A stretch of DNA of 54,443 nucleotides from Candidatus Parcubacteria bacterium (GTDB lineage Bacteria > Patescibacteriota > Minisyncoccia > Phycocordibacterales > UBA2100), in assembly GCA_003599295.1 (NCBI GenBank), contig QZJK01000014.1, forward strand, positions 1-54,443, written 5' to 3'. Both the position numbers and the translations under genes were made by a program. This document shows, piece after piece, positions 1 to 8,181 of this stretch. The notes under the pieces are model-generated. The model saw nothing but the letters and a program-made list of their open reading frames with translations. It did not search any database and was not told the origin of the DNA. The first letter of the stretch is position 1. Every line of letters begins with the position of its first letter.

Positions 1-1215
1 TGGCGCAAGATCTCTGAATGAGTGAGCTGTTACGCTTTCTTTGAATGGTGGCTGCTTCTAAGCCAACATCCTCATTGTCTGAGAAATCTCACCTCCTTCC
101 TTGCACTTAGTATGGATTTAGGGACCTTAGATTACGATCTGGGCTGTTTCCCTTGTGACGAATGGAGCTTCGCCCCCATCGTCTAACTGCCGCGCTGTAC
201 CTCTGGTATTCGGAGTTTGATAGGACCAGCGACCTTTCGGTCTGTCCGGTCCTTCCAGTGCTCTACCCCCAAAGGGAACACGCGACGCAAGCCCGAAAGC
301 TTTTTCGGAGAGAACCAGCTATTACCAGGTTCGATAAGCTTTTCACTCCAACCCACAAGTCATCCCAAGATGTTGCACAATCTACGGGTTCGGCCCTCCC
401 TCCTGATTTCTCAGAAGTTCAGCCTGCTCATGGGTAGCTCACCTGGCTTCGGGTCTGATACAAACGACAAACGCGCTATTCACACTCGCTTTCGCTGCGA
501 CTCCATCCGATAGGACTTAGTCAAGCCGTTTGCATCAACTCGTTGGCTCATTCTTCAATAGGCACGCCATGGCGGATTTGCACCCGCTCTGACTCCTTGT
601 AGACATGTGGTTTCAGTTCTATTTCACTCCCCTCACCGGGGTGCTTTTCACCTTTCCCTCGCGGTACTAGTTCACTATCGATCTGAAGAAGTATGTAGCC
701 TTACCAGTTAGTTCTGGCGAATTCACCCGAGCTATCCGTGTCTCGAGCTACTCAAGAACTACAGCCATAGAGATGCTTTGTTTTCGAATACGGGGCTATT
801 ACCCTCTGGGGCCGCGCTTCCCAGCGCGTTCTTCTAACTAAGCATTTTGTAACTCCACGCAAGCTTTCGCTTGCACGCTGTAGCCTTATAACCCCCATCC
901 CCAAAATCGTGCCGCCTTTTCAGACGTTACGATTTTGTGGCTGAGTTTGGGCTCCTCCCTTTTCGCTCGCCGCTACTAAGGGAATAACTATTGTTCTCTT
1001 TTCCTCTCGGTACTGAGATGTTTCACTTCCCGAGGTCTGCTCCATCAATCGTTTAAGTTGATGGTCATCGAGGTTTACTCGATGGGGTTGTCCCATTCGG
1101 AAATCTCCGGATCGCAGGTTGCTTAGCACCTCCCCGAAGCTTATCGCAGCTAAACCACGTCCTTCATCGCCTTCTTCAGTCTAGGCATCCACCACACGCC
1201 CTTACTCAGAACTCC
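1..1215 (-). rRNA. rrl: 23S rRNA, 5' part (truncated by window start); 5' end approximate
   Basis: The reverse complement contains universal 23S motifs: GGTGGATGCCTAG...GGCGATGAAGGACG near 1160-1200, AGTACCGCGAGGGAAAGG near 650-668, and GCTTAGAAGCAGCCACC near 47-63. Confidence 0.98.
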
Positions 1216-1417
1216 CGCTAGGAATTCTGAGAACCGCGTATATCTCGTTGCGTCTACAACACAACAAGATGCTTTCATTTTCATTTTTTGCTCGGCCCGC
1301 TTTCGCGGACCAATTTTTCCTGCATTCCAATCCGGAGACTTTTAACCGGATTGAAACGTTGTTGATTCACACGAACTCTAATCGAGTTCGTGCTTTGTTT
1401 TTCATGTCGCTCTTCAG

Positions 1418-1430
1418 TTTTCAACGAGCA
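1418..1430 (-). promoter_or_regulatory. boxA-like antitermination element in 23S leader
   Basis: Minus strand reads TGCTCGTTGAAAA, close to the rrn boxA consensus TGCTCTTTAACA/GAAAA. It lies downstream of a hairpin (1446-1466) in an rRNA leader. Confidence 0.65.
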
Positions 1431-1537
1431 ACATACGGGTAAGAAAAAAGCCGCTTGAAAGCGGCCACGCGAGCAGAGCAAAACTCGGCTACGTGCGCCA
1501 CTTTTTTCGTCTAATTCCGAACACCATATGTACGCGC

Positions 1538-1566
1538 AGTATATGCGAGGGGCATTCTAATGTCAA
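1538..1566 (-). promoter_or_regulatory. sigma70 promoter driving the stand-alone 23S rRNA
   Basis: TTGACA (1566-1561) - 17 nt - TATACT (1543-1538), near-consensus. Confidence 0.85.
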
Positions 1567-1596
1567 ACTAGAATGGGGAAATTCCCGATACCGGCC

Positions 1597-2298
1597 TCAA
1601 ATACTCATTTTCTTCAGCATTTCAGCCGCAAAAACGAGGTCTTTAGGCGAAGTTATCTGTATCCATTTGTCAGTAAACACGGGCTCAAAGGGGATACCGA
1701 GCGACTGCGAGGCGGCAACAACGGTCTGCGGCAGGCCGAATTCAAGGCTTCCCGGTTGCTTCGGGATAAGTGGCGCAGAGAAGAGCCGCGTGTCGAGCAC
1801 ATAGAGATTCGTGCTCGCAATACCCTTCTCTTTGTGTTTATCTCCCTCGACTATCTGCGATATGAGGCCGTCGTCTCCCACTTCGACACTCCCTGCGCGG
1901 TGCATCTCCGTTATTTCCTGGACCAAAAGCCTCCATCCGGAATATGGCGCGATGCATCGCTCGACGTCTTCTTTCGCATAGATGTCATCGCCCATCATGA
2001 CTACAAAGCGGTCTTTCAAGACGGGCTCCGCGGACCACAATGCACCTGCCGTACCGTTGAGATCCTTTTGTTCCACATACGTAATGCGTTTGCCAGCGCG
2101 CGCGGCGCCGAAATGCTTTTGCACGACGTCTTTAAGGTAGCCGACGATAATGACGACTTCGTCGACTTCTTCGGGAAGTGCCGCGATTTTGTACTCAAGA
2201 AGCGGCTTCCCTCCCACATCAAGCATCGGTTTCGGTACGGAACTGGTCAGTTCCATCATGCGCGTGCCGCGCCCTGCCGCTAAAATAACGCATTGCAT
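1597..2298 (-). CDS. Sugar-phosphate nucleotidyltransferase (NTP_transferase family)
   Basis: N-terminal VILAAGRGTRM..LT...PKPML motif and MGDD. Start moved to MQCVIL, which has TACAAT 7 nt upstream. Confidence 0.9.
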   Translation of the reverse strand: MQCVILAAGRGTRMMELTSSVPKPMLDVGGKPLLEYKIAALPEEVDEVVIIVGYLKDVVQKHFGAARAGKRITYVEQKDLNGTAGALWSAEPVLKDRFVVMMGDDIYAKEDVERCIAPYSGWRLLVQEITEMHRAGSVEVGDDGLISQIVEGDKHKEKGIASTNLYVLDTRLFSAPLIPKQPGSLEFGLPQTVVAASQSLGIPFEPVFTDKWIQITSPKDLVFAAEMLKKMSI

Positions 2299-2339
2299 TC
2301 CGGCAATTGTATCCTGTGTACCGGTAGATACGCAAAACA

Positions 2340-2368
2340 CAAACGCCCGCTTTTGGAGCGGGCGTTTG
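2340..2368. terminator. Intrinsic terminator-like hairpin
   Basis: CAAACGCCCGCT-loop-AGCGGGCGTTTG perfect inverted repeat just downstream of CDS 2389-3081. Confidence 0.7.
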
Positions 2369-2388
2369 CATGAACGGGAAAGTCTTTG

Positions 2389-3081
2389 TTATCCGCGACC
2401 GTGTGCGACTTCCGAGCGAACCTTCTCTATCGCGCGCGCCGCAGCCTCTTTGCCGCCAAGCCCGAAGGCAAGACCGAACGCAAGAGATATTGCGACGACT
2501 AGGCCTGTGAAAAGCGTCTGCACGAATTCCGTTGCAATGCCGAGCTGGTTGAGTATCGCCATGATAGCGAATACCCATATCGCCCATTTGGCGACGCTGC
2601 CCGCCAGTTCCCCCGTTTTGGCGCCCGCCGCGCGAGCAGAGCTCGCGACAATGTTCCTCACAGTCTCCGCGACGATAGCCGCAAGGATGAGGATGAGAAC
2701 AGCAACAATGACCTGTGGGAGGTAGAGAAGTACTACCTGCTGCAGGAAGATGGTGACCTGATTCAGGCCGAGGACGTCGAGCGCCGCCACAAGAAAGACG
2801 ATGACGGTGAACCACTGGACGAGTGTCCCTAGAAATGCCCCGACATTCAGGTTGAATCCTGCTTCCCGAGCCATTTCATTGAGACCCGCCGCCTTCAGGG
2901 CGTCGTCAACGCGCAGGATCTTCACGACCTGGTCTACGACGCGGTACAGGACAACCCCTACTATCCAGCCGATGATGAAAATGATGATGGCTGCAAGAAT
3001 CGAGGGTATGAACTGAACGACGGCGTACCACAGGTCGCTGAACGACTGCTGGAGCACGTTCGCCGATTGCGAAATTATCAT
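2389..3081 (-). CDS. CmpX-like membrane protein (conserved TM helix repeats, MscS-associated family)
   Basis: FIPSILAAIIIFIIGW and YLPQVIVAVLILI repeats; C-terminal AFGLAFGLGGKE motif. Confidence 0.85.
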   Translation of the reverse strand: MIISQSANVLQQSFSDLWYAVVQFIPSILAAIIIFIIGWIVGVVLYRVVDQVVKILRVDDALKAAGLNEMAREAGFNLNVGAFLGTLVQWFTVIVFLVAALDVLGLNQVTIFLQQVVLLYLPQVIVAVLILILAAIVAETVRNIVASSARAAGAKTGELAGSVAKWAIWVFAIMAILNQLGIATEFVQTLFTGLVVAISLAFGLAFGLGGKEAAARAIEKVRSEVAHGRG

Positions 3082-3238
3082 GTTTTAGCAAGTTAACTTG
3101 TAAGTTTTATAACGGTTTTCGACCCCTTATGACATTCATGATAGCACCCTGCCTCCCCCGTAGAGCGGGCTCCACGGTTTGATGTGGATACGGAAAAAAG
3201 ACCAAAAAGGCCTTATTCTTAGCAACGAATGCCGAGGA

Positions 3239-3862
3239 TTACAGGAGGCGGGCCCGGTCGAGGAGGACGAGGTGCGGATAATCCAGGGTGTCACGGATGA
3301 GGCGGTCTTGAACGGTGAGCCGGTAGCGGAATTCCGGCGTAGAGAATGCGGCGTAGCGTATCTCACGGCCGAATTGCGGTTCCAGGGCCTTTATTGCGCG
3401 CTCTAATCTCCCTTCTTCGAGAGCCTCGCCGGCGATGATGATGTCAACGGGCCGGCTCGGATCTCCCAAGAAAGAGCCCGAGAGGATGACGGCGGCAATT
3501 CTTCCCGTCCTTTTGAGCGAATCCACGATGTTTCCGTACTTCACGGGTGATATCTCGTGCACGAAGAGCGAGATGGCGCGCGCGTATTTGAATTCTTCGT
3601 TAAAGACCCATGCATGCTCTTTTTGTTTGCCGTGCACGGTCTTCTTTGTCTTGTTGGCAAGCGTTATTGCTATCTTTCCCTCTTTGAGAACACCCAATTG
3701 TTCAAGCGTGCGTATCTCGCGGCTCGCAAGATTCGCCGCGACGCCCGCCCTCTTCGCCGCGCGGGCGAGCGTGAACGGCTCCGAAGGTGAGAAAACGAAG
3801 ACTCGCAGTATCCGTGCTCGCGGCACGCTTCCGAGTATCTCTGCGAGAAAGTCGTCCGACAT
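3239..3862 (-). CDS. Winged-helix protein with C-terminal nucleotidyltransferase-like domain (CPR-type hypothetical regulator)
   Basis: N-terminal ILGS..RARIL HTH-like segment; C-terminal LSGSF..D....VDIII. Start MSDDFL has TATGAT 6 nt upstream. Confidence 0.7.
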   Translation of the reverse strand: MSDDFLAEILGSVPRARILRVFVFSPSEPFTLARAAKRAGVAANLASREIRTLEQLGVLKEGKIAITLANKTKKTVHGKQKEHAWVFNEEFKYARAISLFVHEISPVKYGNIVDSLKRTGRIAAVILSGSFLGDPSRPVDIIIAGEALEEGRLERAIKALEPQFGREIRYAAFSTPEFRYRLTVQDRLIRDTLDYPHLVLLDRARLL

Positions 3863-3951
3863 GCCGGCATCATAGTGCATTTTGACAGGCAAGCCAATTT
3901 CTATACTCTTGCCCTAGGCACCTTCGAGCCAGGCCGCAGAGGAGATCCACC

Positions 3952-4374
3952 ATGAAAGCAAAGGTGTGGAAAGTCCCTGTCCTGACGGCGGGACAGTACG
4001 CGTACTTGGTGAAATTCCGCACACGTTTGCCGATCGGAGGTTCGACCCCGGAGATCACTGACATTTTCTTCGTCACAGAGGTCGAAGAGCCTCTGAAGTA
4101 CCGAGGGGCACTTCTTGGTACGGACGGTGTGTGTCGTTTGGTGTGCGTCCACAATAACAACGGCGCGTATCACCTCAAACGGAGATACAAAGGCGAGGAG
4201 AACGTCATCCACTATGACCTCATGCAGGTCTTCAGCGAAAGGCGTGCATTGGCATTCATTTGTGGGGTCGAGGAAACGATACGTGATGATGCGAGAAAAG
4301 CCGCGGAGCTTGTAGACAAGTTCCAACGCGCGAAGCTCATGTTCCTCACCGCCTCCAGGACCTTTCGGGTGTAG
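3952..4374 (+). CDS. Hypothetical protein (140 aa)
   Basis: GAGGAG Shine-Dalgarno before the ATG; fills the gap between genes; followed by a strong hairpin at 4392-4425. Confidence 0.65.
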   Translation: MKAKVWKVPVLTAGQYAYLVKFRTRLPIGGSTPEITDIFFVTEVEEPLKYRGALLGTDGVCRLVCVHNNNGAYHLKRRYKGEENVIHYDLMQVFSERRALAFICGVEETIRDDARKAAELVDKFQRAKLMFLTASRTFRV

Positions 4375-4391
4375 GGCTCACCCGATAGCGA

Positions 4392-4425
4392 AAATCACCG
4401 CCGCGCCTATGGTGCGGCGGTGATT
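4392..4425. terminator. Intrinsic terminator hairpin
   Basis: AATCACCGCCGCGC-CTATG-GTGCGGCGGTGATT followed by CCTTTTT. Confidence 0.7.
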
Positions 4426-4446
4426 CCTTTTTATATCAATATCAAG

Positions 4447-4474
4447 TTGACAAGGGTGAATGAAAAAGTAAAGT
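4447..4474 (+). promoter_or_regulatory. sigma70 promoter for 4517-4738
   Basis: TTGACA-16 nt-TAAAGT. Confidence 0.6.
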
Positions 4475-4516
4475 CCCCAGAGTCGCAAATGGCTGCAATC
4501 GTGAGGAGGGTCCGCA

Positions 4517-4738
4517 ATGACTAGGACATTCGCATTGATGGCTGCGTGTCTGCTTTCGACGCAAGCGTTCGCCCAGACGCAGGGGTACGAACCCGGCGAC
4601 ATGCAATCGCGGGCTGTCGAGATCTGCCGCGAGCTCTATCCCAACACCCCCTACATGAAGTCGACGGTCAGTACCTACGTCTCGAACGGCGAGGCGTCGC
4701 TGACAATCACCTGCTACTACAAGGTGGAAAAGAAGTAG
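4517..4738 (+). CDS. Small secreted protein (73 aa, signal peptide, two Cys in mature part)
   Basis: GAGGAGG SD; signal peptide ending QAFA; own promoter and terminator. Confidence 0.7.
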   Translation: MTRTFALMAACLLSTQAFAQTQGYEPGDMQSRAVEICRELYPNTPYMKSTVSTYVSNGEASLTITCYYKVEKK

Positions 4739-4761
4739 CCGTCGAGAGCTCGGCGATATGC

Positions 4762-4792
4762 AGAAAGCCCGGCGCTATGCGCCGGGCTTTCT
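4762..4792. terminator. Bidirectional terminator between the small secreted gene and rplL
   Basis: AGAAAGCCCGGCGC-TAT-GCGCCGGGCTTTCT. Confidence 0.8.
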
Positions 4793-4828
4793 CTCTTTCT
4801 CCCGACCCCTCTCGCGCAGGAGGCAAAG

Positions 4829-5212
4829 TTACTTGAGAGTAACTTTGCCTCCTGCTTCCTCTATCTTTTTCTTCCACTCTTCCGCCTGCTCTTTCTTCAC
4901 GTTCTCTTTGAGCATCGCAGGAGCGCCTTCGACGAGGTCCTTGGCTTCCTTCAATCCCAAAGCGAGCACTTCCTTCACGACTTTGATGACGGCGATTTTC
5001 TGCTCGCCTGCCGCCGTGAGTTCTACGTTGAACTCGCTCTTCTCTTCCGCCGCCGCGCCGCCCGCTGCCGGGCCTGCCGCTGCAACTGCTGTCGCGGATA
5101 CTCCCCACTTTGTTTCTATCGCCTTCACGAGCGCATTCAATTCGAGCACGGTCATTTTCTCGACCGAGTCGATGATTGCCTGCGCCGCCGGCGAAATTGT
5201 GTCTTCTGACAT
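4829..5212 (-). CDS. rplL: 50S ribosomal protein bL12 (L7/L12)
   Basis: [43 protein letters not shown]. Confidence 0.98.
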   Translation of the reverse strand: MSEDTISPAAQAIIDSVEKMTVLELNALVKAIETKWGVSATAVAAAGPAAGGAAAEEKSEFNVELTAAGEQKIAVIKVVKEVLALGLKEAKDLVEGAPAMLKENVKKEQAEEWKKKIEEAGGKVTLK

Positions 5213-5218
5213 ATGTGT

Positions 5219-5710
5219 TTAATTCTTAATCTTCGCGACCTCGCTAAGAGCTATCGCAAAGCGCTGTATCGGACTGTTAATGATGTTCGCGAACATACCG
5301 CGGAGAGCCTGCATCGAAGGAATCGTCGCGATGACCTGCATTTCTGCTTGTCCGATGAGTTTCCCTTCGAAGATGCCTCCGAGTATCGTCAGTTTGTCTT
5401 TGAGCTTCGTGCCGAATCCGTGGATGAGGCGCGCAGGTGCCGTCGCATCATCGCCGCTCGCCCACGCGACTGCGACTTCGCCTTTAAGCGGCATATCGTC
5501 GTGCTTGTGACCAAGCTTGTCGAGCGCGCGCTTGATGAGCGTTTTCTTCGCGACGAAATACGAGACACCGTCGCCGCGAAGACTTCGGCGCATTGCTGAT
5601 TCTTCAGCGACAGAGACGCCCGTGAAATGCACGAAGACCGCAGATGCGGCCTTCAAGCCGTCCTCGAGTTTTTCAACTATCGCCGCTTTTTGTTCTTTCG
5701 TCTTTGCCAT
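5219..5710 (-). CDS. rplJ: 50S ribosomal protein uL10
   Basis: MAKTKEQK..IV, VAKKTLIKRAL, GGIFEG, IATIPS; adjacent to rplL. Confidence 0.97.
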   Translation of the reverse strand: MAKTKEQKAAIVEKLEDGLKAASAVFVHFTGVSVAEESAMRRSLRGDGVSYFVAKKTLIKRALDKLGHKHDDMPLKGEVAVAWASGDDATAPARLIHGFGTKLKDKLTILGGIFEGKLIGQAEMQVIATIPSMQALRGMFANIINSPIQRFAIALSEVAKIKN

Positions 5711-5725
5711 GACAAAAACTGCTTA

Positions 5726-5799
5726 TTGTTTCTAACAGGCTGGAAGTACGACCTCGGCAGGACTGACGCTCTTTCGAGCTGCCCGCTGTCTTTAGCCTG
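5726..5799 (-). promoter_or_regulatory. L10 leader (autoregulatory mRNA structure)
   Basis: Minus strand AAGACAGCGGG...CCTGCCGAGGT, the signature of L10 leaders, enclosed by a CAGGCT/AGCCTG stem directly upstream of rplJ. Confidence 0.8.
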
Positions 5800-5807
5800 A
5801 TTGGGGC

Positions 5808-5835
5808 ATTCTACGCATATAGGGCCCAGAGTCAA
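5808..5835 (-). promoter_or_regulatory. rplJL promoter
   Basis: TTGACT (5835-5830)-16 nt-TAGAAT (5813-5808). Confidence 0.75.
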
Positions 5836-5928
5836 CCTTTTAGCCCTAACTCATTGACTTTTCATGTAATTATGCTACCATTTTTGTCGACAGGTGGCGT
5901 CTGGCACAAATTCGAAAGGAGGCCGGCC

Positions 5929-6183
5929 ATGACGTTGGTCTACATTCCCCCAACAGCAGAAAAAGTCGCTCAAATGAGGTTTTTCATTGATGAGCGGTTC
6001 GCTGATGTGGGCGATTGCTCTTTCACAACCATGCGTAGCGTCGCGCACGACGCCCTCGATCACTTGTTGGCGGGACGACTACTCGCCGCCAACGTTGGAC
6101 TCACGAAATTGGGTCCTGAGGGGGCACGCGACGTTCGCAACGAGTTTTGTCGGCTCGGCATCGAGTTAGAGCCGGCACCGTAA
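5929..6183 (+). CDS. Small hypothetical protein (84 aa), apparent paralogue of 6319-6582
   Basis: AGGAGG SD before MTLVYIPP; upstream TTGACT-16-TACCAT promoter starting at 5854; similarity to the next ORF. Confidence 0.7.
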   Translation: MTLVYIPPTAEKVAQMRFFIDERFADVGDCSFTTMRSVAHDALDHLLAGRLLAANVGLTKLGPEGARDVRNEFCRLGIELEPAP

Positions 6184-6318
6184 CACGGCAGCAAGAGAAC
6201 GGGAGACTGGTTTTCGCGTACTCCCGCGAGCTGTACGTGGGCGCTGGACGGAAACTTCTATCCGTCCAGCGCTTTACTCTTTCAGTCTTTCATCTCACTT
6301 GCATTTTGGAGGCAAGAA

Positions 6319-6582
6319 ATGAAAGGAATTAAGCGGAAGGCCGAAAGTAAATACGCCCCCACTGGAGAGGAGTGGCGGCGGATTGAGGCGGGCATCGCTG
6401 GCGGCCAGTTCCCCAACAAACAGGAACAAAGGCATGCCCGAGATGCACTGCGGGCCATCAGCCGGTACGATACTGGCTCTGCATGGCTCCATGTCGGAAA
6501 CCTCTCCACCGAGGGGAGAGCCGAGCTCAACAAAATCCTCGATACATTGGGATTCGAGCTCGATATCCCGAACGGGAAATGA
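6319..6582 (+). CDS. Small hypothetical protein (87 aa), apparent paralogue of 5929-6183
   Basis: GGAGG SD; shared PT.E, A.DAL and L..EG.......LG.EL pattern. Confidence 0.7.
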   Translation: MKGIKRKAESKYAPTGEEWRRIEAGIAGGQFPNKQEQRHARDALRAISRYDTGSAWLHVGNLSTEGRAELNKILDTLGFELDIPNGK

Positions 6583-6634
6583 CGAGGGTAGCCCTCGTCA
6601 AACGATACGCCGGCGGCCCCTAGGCCCCGGCGTT

Positions 6635-6796
6635 CTACTTTTTACTCTCAAGCATTGTTTCTATAGCCGCGGCGGTTTGCTCCTCCGCGCTTTTTGATAC
6701 CTCGTAGCTGTTCACCGCAAACGTGACGATGAAGCTCACGCTGATGAACATGAGAAAGCCAATGGTGAACCTAAGAAATGAGCCGGTAGAACTCAT
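6635..6796 (-). CDS. Small single-pass membrane protein (53 aa), absent from the supplied ORF track
   Basis: Manual translation MSSTGSFLRFTIGFLMFISVSFIVTFAVNSYEVSKSAEEQTAAAIETMLESKK*; TATACT 7 nt upstream of the ATG. Confidence 0.7.
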   Translation of the reverse strand: MSSTGSFLRFTIGFLMFISVSFIVTFAVNSYEVSKSAEEQTAAAIETMLESKK

Positions 6797-6888
6797 AGAG
6801 AAAAGTATACATTGTGAAATTGCTCTGCATACGGCCCGTGGCCGTACTTCACAGGGTATATCGTATATAAAGTATATAGTATAAGGGT

Positions 6889-7689
6889 ATGGAAGCGGGT
6901 CGGAAGAAAGCGCTTACGTCTCTCCTTGCTCTTCTTTTTATATTCCTGCCTGTCTTTTCTTCCGCTCAAACGATTGAGGCCGGCTTTCCGTCGCAATCCG
7001 TTTGGGTATCTAACGCAAAGCCAACGGTCGGAGACACCGTCGAGATATTCACGGTCGTCTACAACGGGAGCGACGAGAAGCTCGGCGGCACCGTCGTATT
7101 CACCGTCGACGGTGAGAGGGTCGGCGCGAAAGAGTTCGAGCTTGCCGAAGGCACGAGCGCTCTTGTGTCGGTAGCGTGGAAAGTGAGCGCCGGCGAGCAT
7201 AGGGTCGCAGCAGCTATCGAGGACACCTCGAGAGAACTCGCACAAAAAGAAACCGCTGCTATTACCATCACTGTTGCCGAGCCGCCACCTCGCCCACCTC
7301 TTGTGAATGCCGCGGTGACGGCATCAGAGGTGCTATCGAACGCCGCGCAGGCGGCAACGCCCGTCGTCGTGGAAGTCGCGAACACCGCATACCAACTCAT
7401 CGAACACTTACGCAAAGATGCTATTTCGCGTCTTGAGCGTGTGTCTTCCCCTTCTCCTTCCGCTTCCGCACAGGGAGGGCAAGGAACAATACTCGGCACT
7501 TCGACGAACACAAGCACATCCGAGAACATACCCTCGTCGCTTTCGCAAATGAAGCAAGTCGCGGCAGCCGCCGCTCTTTTCGCCCTAAACTCGAAAGAGG
7601 TCTTCTATCCGCTTTTTCTTCTTTCCCTTTTCGGTCTTCTCTATCTCCTCTTCCGCTGGGCAACCAAGCGCCCACGGGTTCGGTACTGA
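6889..7689 (+). CDS. Exported protein with CARDB/Ig-like domain and C-terminal membrane anchor
   Basis: Signal peptide; P.VGDTVEIFTVVYN...F.VDG...W...AGEH CARDB-like pattern; C-terminal TM followed by basic residues. Confidence 0.75.
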   Translation: MEAGRKKALTSLLALLFIFLPVFSSAQTIEAGFPSQSVWVSNAKPTVGDTVEIFTVVYNGSDEKLGGTVVFTVDGERVGAKEFELAEGTSALVSVAWKVSAGEHRVAAAIEDTSRELAQKETAAITITVAEPPPRPPLVNAAVTASEVLSNAAQAATPVVVEVANTAYQLIEHLRKDAISRLERVSSPSPSASAQGGQGTILGTSTNTSTSENIPSSLSQMKQVAAAAALFALNSKEVFYPLFLLSLFGLLYLLFRWATKRPRVRY

Positions 7690-7774
7690 AAGAGCTCAAA
7701 GACTCTTGAATTTGATTGTGTAGACAGTTCCGCCCCAATCCCAATATTAGCTTATAGGTTAAGTATTGGGATGT

Positions 7775-8164
7775 TTAACTAATCTTTGACATGAACGAGG
7801 GCGAAAACTTATTGAAAGCTTTACGCGCAATTAACCCTACTAACAAGCCTCCAATTGGGACCAAAATAAGCCCTGTCAAACTGGTTATTGTCATACCTAA
7901 ATAAAGTGGCCAGATAAAAATCGGGAGAACAAAAATCGCTAACCACCAATATTTACCAGTACCCCCCAAAGAAAATAATAAGAACGGCACCAGAAACAAA
8001 TAACTCAAAACGAAGCCTACGTATGGCGTAAAGCCAATCGATGGGAAGTTTGCTGAGCATTGCCCTGAGACACCACAATATAATGCTCCGACATTCACAG
8101 ATAGAAGATATGCTGCAAAAACTGAGAAAACAATGCACGAAAAATTGCGAAAGAGATTTTTCAT
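7775..8164 (-). CDS. Small 4-TM membrane protein, AT-rich
   Basis: Four hydrophobic segments; lies 17 nt downstream of the lipase gene on the same strand. Confidence 0.65.
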   Translation of the reverse strand: MKNLFRNFSCIVFSVFAAYLLSVNVGALYCGVSGQCSANFPSIGFTPYVGFVLSYLFLVPFLLFSLGGTGKYWWLAIFVLPIFIWPLYLGMTITSLTGLILVPIGGLLVGLIARKAFNKFSPSFMSKIS

Positions 8165-8181
8165 ATGACCAACAGAAATTA

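Noticed and set aside
840-945. Possible intron or intervening sequence in the 23S
   Set aside because: Short extended hairpins in a naturally variable region; no ORF or intron core is visible.
162-1481. ORFs 162-437, 217-513, 920-1129, 1248-1442, 1281-1481
   Set aside because: They lie within the 23S rRNA or its leader and have no protein motifs.
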